Positions 61,187-64,000 of a stretch of DNA of 64,000 bases are shown here, one piece after another. A program made the position numbers and the translations under genes. The notes beneath the pieces were generated by a model. It did no database searches. It saw nothing but the letters and a program-made list of their open reading frames with translations, and had not been told where the DNA came from. The stretch covers positions 6,004-70,003 of the forward strand of contig DASROA010000051.1 of NCBI GenBank assembly GCA_035647115.1, read 5' to 3'. The stretch comes from Thiopseudomonas sp. (GTDB taxonomy: Bacteria > Pseudomonadota > Gammaproteobacteria > Pseudomonadales > Pseudomonadaceae). Positions within the stretch are counted from its first letter, which is position 1, and the number at the start of each line of letters is the position of its first letter.

Positions 61187-63541
61187 TTAAGCTTGGCGTA
61201 AGCGCTCGGGTTTAATTAAGAAGCGTGCCAGTGCGGGTAGCAACCAGATCGCACCTATCATATTCCAGAGGAACATAAAGGTCAGCATCAGCCCCATATC
61301 CGCTTGGAACTTAATGGCTGAAAAGATCCAAGTGGCGACCCCAATCGCTAAACAGACACCAGTAAACAGCACTGCTTTACCGGTGGATTTTAGGGTTTGG
61401 TAGTACGCTTCTTGCAAGGGCATGCCCATCCGTAAGAACGTTTCTAAACGGCTGTAAATATAGATACCGTAGTCAACACCAATTCCCACCCCTAAAGCGA
61501 TCACTGGCAAGGTCGCCACTTTCACGCCAATCCCCATAAAGGCCATTAAGGCATTACCCAACACTGAAGTTAGCATCAGCGGTAGGATGATACAGGCTGT
61601 GGCGGCAAAGGAGCGGAAGGTGATTAAACACATGGTAATCACAGCGCTGTACACCGCAATTAACATCATGGTTTCTGAAGCAGAAATCACATCATTGGTG
61701 GCTGCTTCAATCCCCGCATTACCTGCGGCCAATAGGAACTGATGCTCATCAGTATTGTTTTTCGCGGCAAAGTCTTCCACAGCCGCCACTGCAGTGCTGA
61801 GTGTTTCTGCTTTATGGTCTTCTAAGAACACCAGTAAAGGCGCCAGCGAGCAGTCTGAGTTGTACAGCGAATCGGCTCTAGCAATGGAGTTGTTGAGAAT
61901 GTGCTGGTTACGGGACAAGGTTTCCCATTTCAGATTCCCTTCGTTCATGCCTTTAATCACTTGCTTGGACACTGTAACCATAGAAATCACCGACTGTACG
62001 CCTGGGGTGTTTTCCATGCGCCAGCTTAAATCATCCATGGCTTTAATGGCCCCATAACTGGAACAGCCTTCAGCAGGGGTTTTCACCATCACCACCAGCA
62101 CATCGGAACTGGTCGAGTAGTTGTGGATAATAAAATCATTGTCCAAGTTGTAGCGCGAGTCGGCATGCAGTTCAGGAGCGCCCTGATCTAAGTCCCCCAC
62201 CTTCAGGTTTTGCCCATACCAAAGGCCAAAAGCCATGGCACTGATGGCAATTAAAATGGAAATGGGGGCGACTTTGGCACTGGCAAAATTTGCAATAAAA
62301 CGCCACAAAGGGTTCTCACGCTCGGCATTTTCACGGCTGATTTTAATGGATTTTTTACTGACCCCCACATAAGAAATCAACACCGGCAAAAAGATCAAGT
62401 TAGTGAGAATAATCACTGCCACACCCACAGATGCACCAATCGCCAACTCGCGAATCACCCCAATATCAATCAATAATAAGGTGATAAAACCTACCGCATC
62501 CGAAGACAATGCCACTAGGCCCGGCACAAACAGTTGTCGGAACGCCATACGTGCTGCGGTTAACGCATCCAATGCAGTACCTGAGGCCATAGCAATGCCG
62601 TTAATTTTTTGCACCCCGTGAGAGATACCAATGGCAAACACTAAAAAAGGCACCAGCATGGAATAAGGGTCTAAGCCAAAACCTAACAAGTTCAGCAAGC
62701 CCAGCTGCCAACCCACTGCAATTAGGGTGGAAAAAAGCACCGCTAGAGTGCTTTTCATACACTTGGTAAACCACAATAAAAGCGCAAAAGTAATGGCAAT
62801 GGCAACCCCAAAAAACAACACCACATTGACTAAGCCATCAATGAGATCACCGACTTTTTTAGCAAAACCAACAATATGAATTTTCACATTGGGGTTTTGC
62901 GCCTGATACTTCTCACGAATCTTTTCTTCTAAGGCATGTGAAAAGTCTTGGTAATCCAACTTCAATAACACACTGGGATTGTTCGGATCAGGAAACTCTT
63001 CTAACAGTGGGATTTCAACAATACTGGACTTAAAATTATTGCCAACTAAGCGCCCCACTTGTCCAGACTTAAGGATATTGCTGCGCAGCTCATCAAGGCT
63101 TTCTGCTGAACCGTCATAGGTTTGTGGAATCACTTCACCGCCAGCAAACCCCTGCTCAGTCACCTCTGTCCAACGCACGTTAGGACTCCATAACGAACGC
63201 AAGCCGGAACGGTCTACCCCCGGAATATAAAACGCCTCGTCACTGATTTGGCGCAAAGTTTCCATATAATCCTTGTCGAAAATATCACCATTGGTGTTTT
63301 CAACAGAAATACGAACGCTATTCCCTAAATTGGCCAAGTCATCACGGTGTTCCAACATGGTTTCAATATAAGGGTGCTGCAGCGGAATCATTTTCTCAAA
63401 ACTGGTTTCCGGACGCACTTGAGCGGCATTCCAAAACAGGAAAGCGCTCATTAAAATGCAAATGGCAATAACCGCTGGACGGTTATTAAAAACTAAACGC
63501 TCGAGCACTGCTGCTGGATTATTTCTTGCTTTAGATGTCAT
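61187..63541 (-). CDS. RND/MMPL family transporter
   Basis: 784 aa, two repeats of periplasmic loop plus TM bundle; AIGISHGVQ and GVGIGVDYGIY motifs. Confidence 0.88.
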   Translation of the reverse strand: MTSKARNNPAAVLERLVFNNRPAVIAICILMSAFLFWNAAQVRPETSFEKMIPLQHPYIETMLEHRDDLANLGNSVRISVENTNGDIFDKDYMETLRQISDEAFYIPGVDRSGLRSLWSPNVRWTEVTEQGFAGGEVIPQTYDGSAESLDELRSNILKSGQVGRLVGNNFKSSIVEIPLLEEFPDPNNPSVLLKLDYQDFSHALEEKIREKYQAQNPNVKIHIVGFAKKVGDLIDGLVNVVLFFGVAIAITFALLLWFTKCMKSTLAVLFSTLIAVGWQLGLLNLLGFGLDPYSMLVPFLVFAIGISHGVQKINGIAMASGTALDALTAARMAFRQLFVPGLVALSSDAVGFITLLLIDIGVIRELAIGASVGVAVIILTNLIFLPVLISYVGVSKKSIKISRENAERENPLWRFIANFASAKVAPISILIAISAMAFGLWYGQNLKVGDLDQGAPELHADSRYNLDNDFIIHNYSTSSDVLVVMVKTPAEGCSSYGAIKAMDDLSWRMENTPGVQSVISMVTVSKQVIKGMNEGNLKWETLSRNQHILNNSIARADSLYNSDCSLAPLLVFLEDHKAETLSTAVAAVEDFAAKNNTDEHQFLLAAGNAGIEAATNDVISASETMMLIAVYSAVITMCLITFRSFAATACIILPLMLTSVLGNALMAFMGIGVKVATLPVIALGVGIGVDYGIYIYSRLETFLRMGMPLQEAYYQTLKSTGKAVLFTGVCLAIGVATWIFSAIKFQADMGLMLTFMFLWNMIGAIWLLPALARFLIKPERLRQA

Positions 63542-63561
63542 GCTGACGGTCTCCAGTCTTA

Positions 63562-64000
63562 TTATTTATTTAATAAATCATTGCCGTTGGCATCGGTTTG
63601 ATGAATGCCATTTTGCCCGACTAGAATCAGGCCCCCTGCTTTACCATCCACTACAGCAGCTAAAGATATGCGGTCGGCGCGATTCGATACACTAAAACTC
63701 TCGCCTCCATCACTACTACGCAGCAGGGTGCCACTGTGACCTACAATTAGTATATCGCCATTGCTCAGTAAACTGCCGCCGCTTAATCCATACTGAAGAA
63801 GACCATTACCGGTATGCACTGCCACCGCATCCCAGCTCTCGCCCGAGTCCGTTGACTTAAAGATATGTCCGCGCAAACCATACACCAGTAGCTGTTCAGG
63901 CTCGACAGTGGCCAGCAGTCCAAATAAAGACCCTTGATAAGGGCTGTCTAAACGTTTCCACGACTGCCCCCAATCTGCTGAGCGAAACATCATCCCCATT
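63562..64000 (-). CDS. YCF48/BNR-repeat beta-propeller protein (5' part outside the window)
   Basis: Repeated S.D.G.SW Asp-boxes, SPYQGSLFG, GLRG; typical partner of this RND family. Confidence 0.8.
   Translation of the reverse strand, partial: MGMMFRSADWGQSWKRLDSPYQGSLFGLLATVEPEQLLVYGLRGHIFKSTDSGESWDAVAVHTGNGLLQYGLSGGSLLSNGDILIVGHSGTLLRSSDGGESFSVSNRADRISLAAVVDGKAGGLILVGQNGIHQTDANGNDLLNK

Noticed and set aside
517-63695. Numerous 60-126 aa ORFs antisense to or nested in the annotated genes
   Set aside because: They overlap well-supported conserved genes and show no motifs; they are expected shadow frames.

Overview
Bacterial chromosomal window from a relatively low-GC Pseudomonadaceae member. 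The gene content is Pseudomonas-like and a Thiopseudomonas/Oblitimonas-type organism is my inference, not a verified assignment. Positions 1-43.3 kb are shuffled core-genome blocks: tRNA-Ser/yccA, galU-gor, scpAB-yciO-PHP, ispZ-yciI-cpxRPA, cyaB, rpsA-cmk-tyrA/aroA-hisC-pheA-serC-gyrA, mtnA/mtaD-ubiG-mupP-yciK, rluB, rlmKL/rmf/pyrD, lexA-sulA, gltX-uvrB-tyrB. Positions 43.7-61 kb form a compact molybdenum super-cluster (modABC, modE, two moeA, moaABCDE, mobA, MarR, a methyltransferase, DUF2478 and a hypothetical gene) ending in a tetrathionate reductase operon ttrBCA. That operon has no adjacent ttrSR but carries an ANR/FNR box and a ModE-like box. A truncated PpiC-type isomerase fragment before moaA looks like the scar of a deleted nar operon. 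Two oppositely oriented branched stem-loop elements with CATCC(N)TG loops mark the core/cluster boundary. gyrA and an unannotated DUF2835-like gene each carry a single-base deletion, most likely assembly errors. No CRISPR array, rRNA, transposase or integrase was seen.
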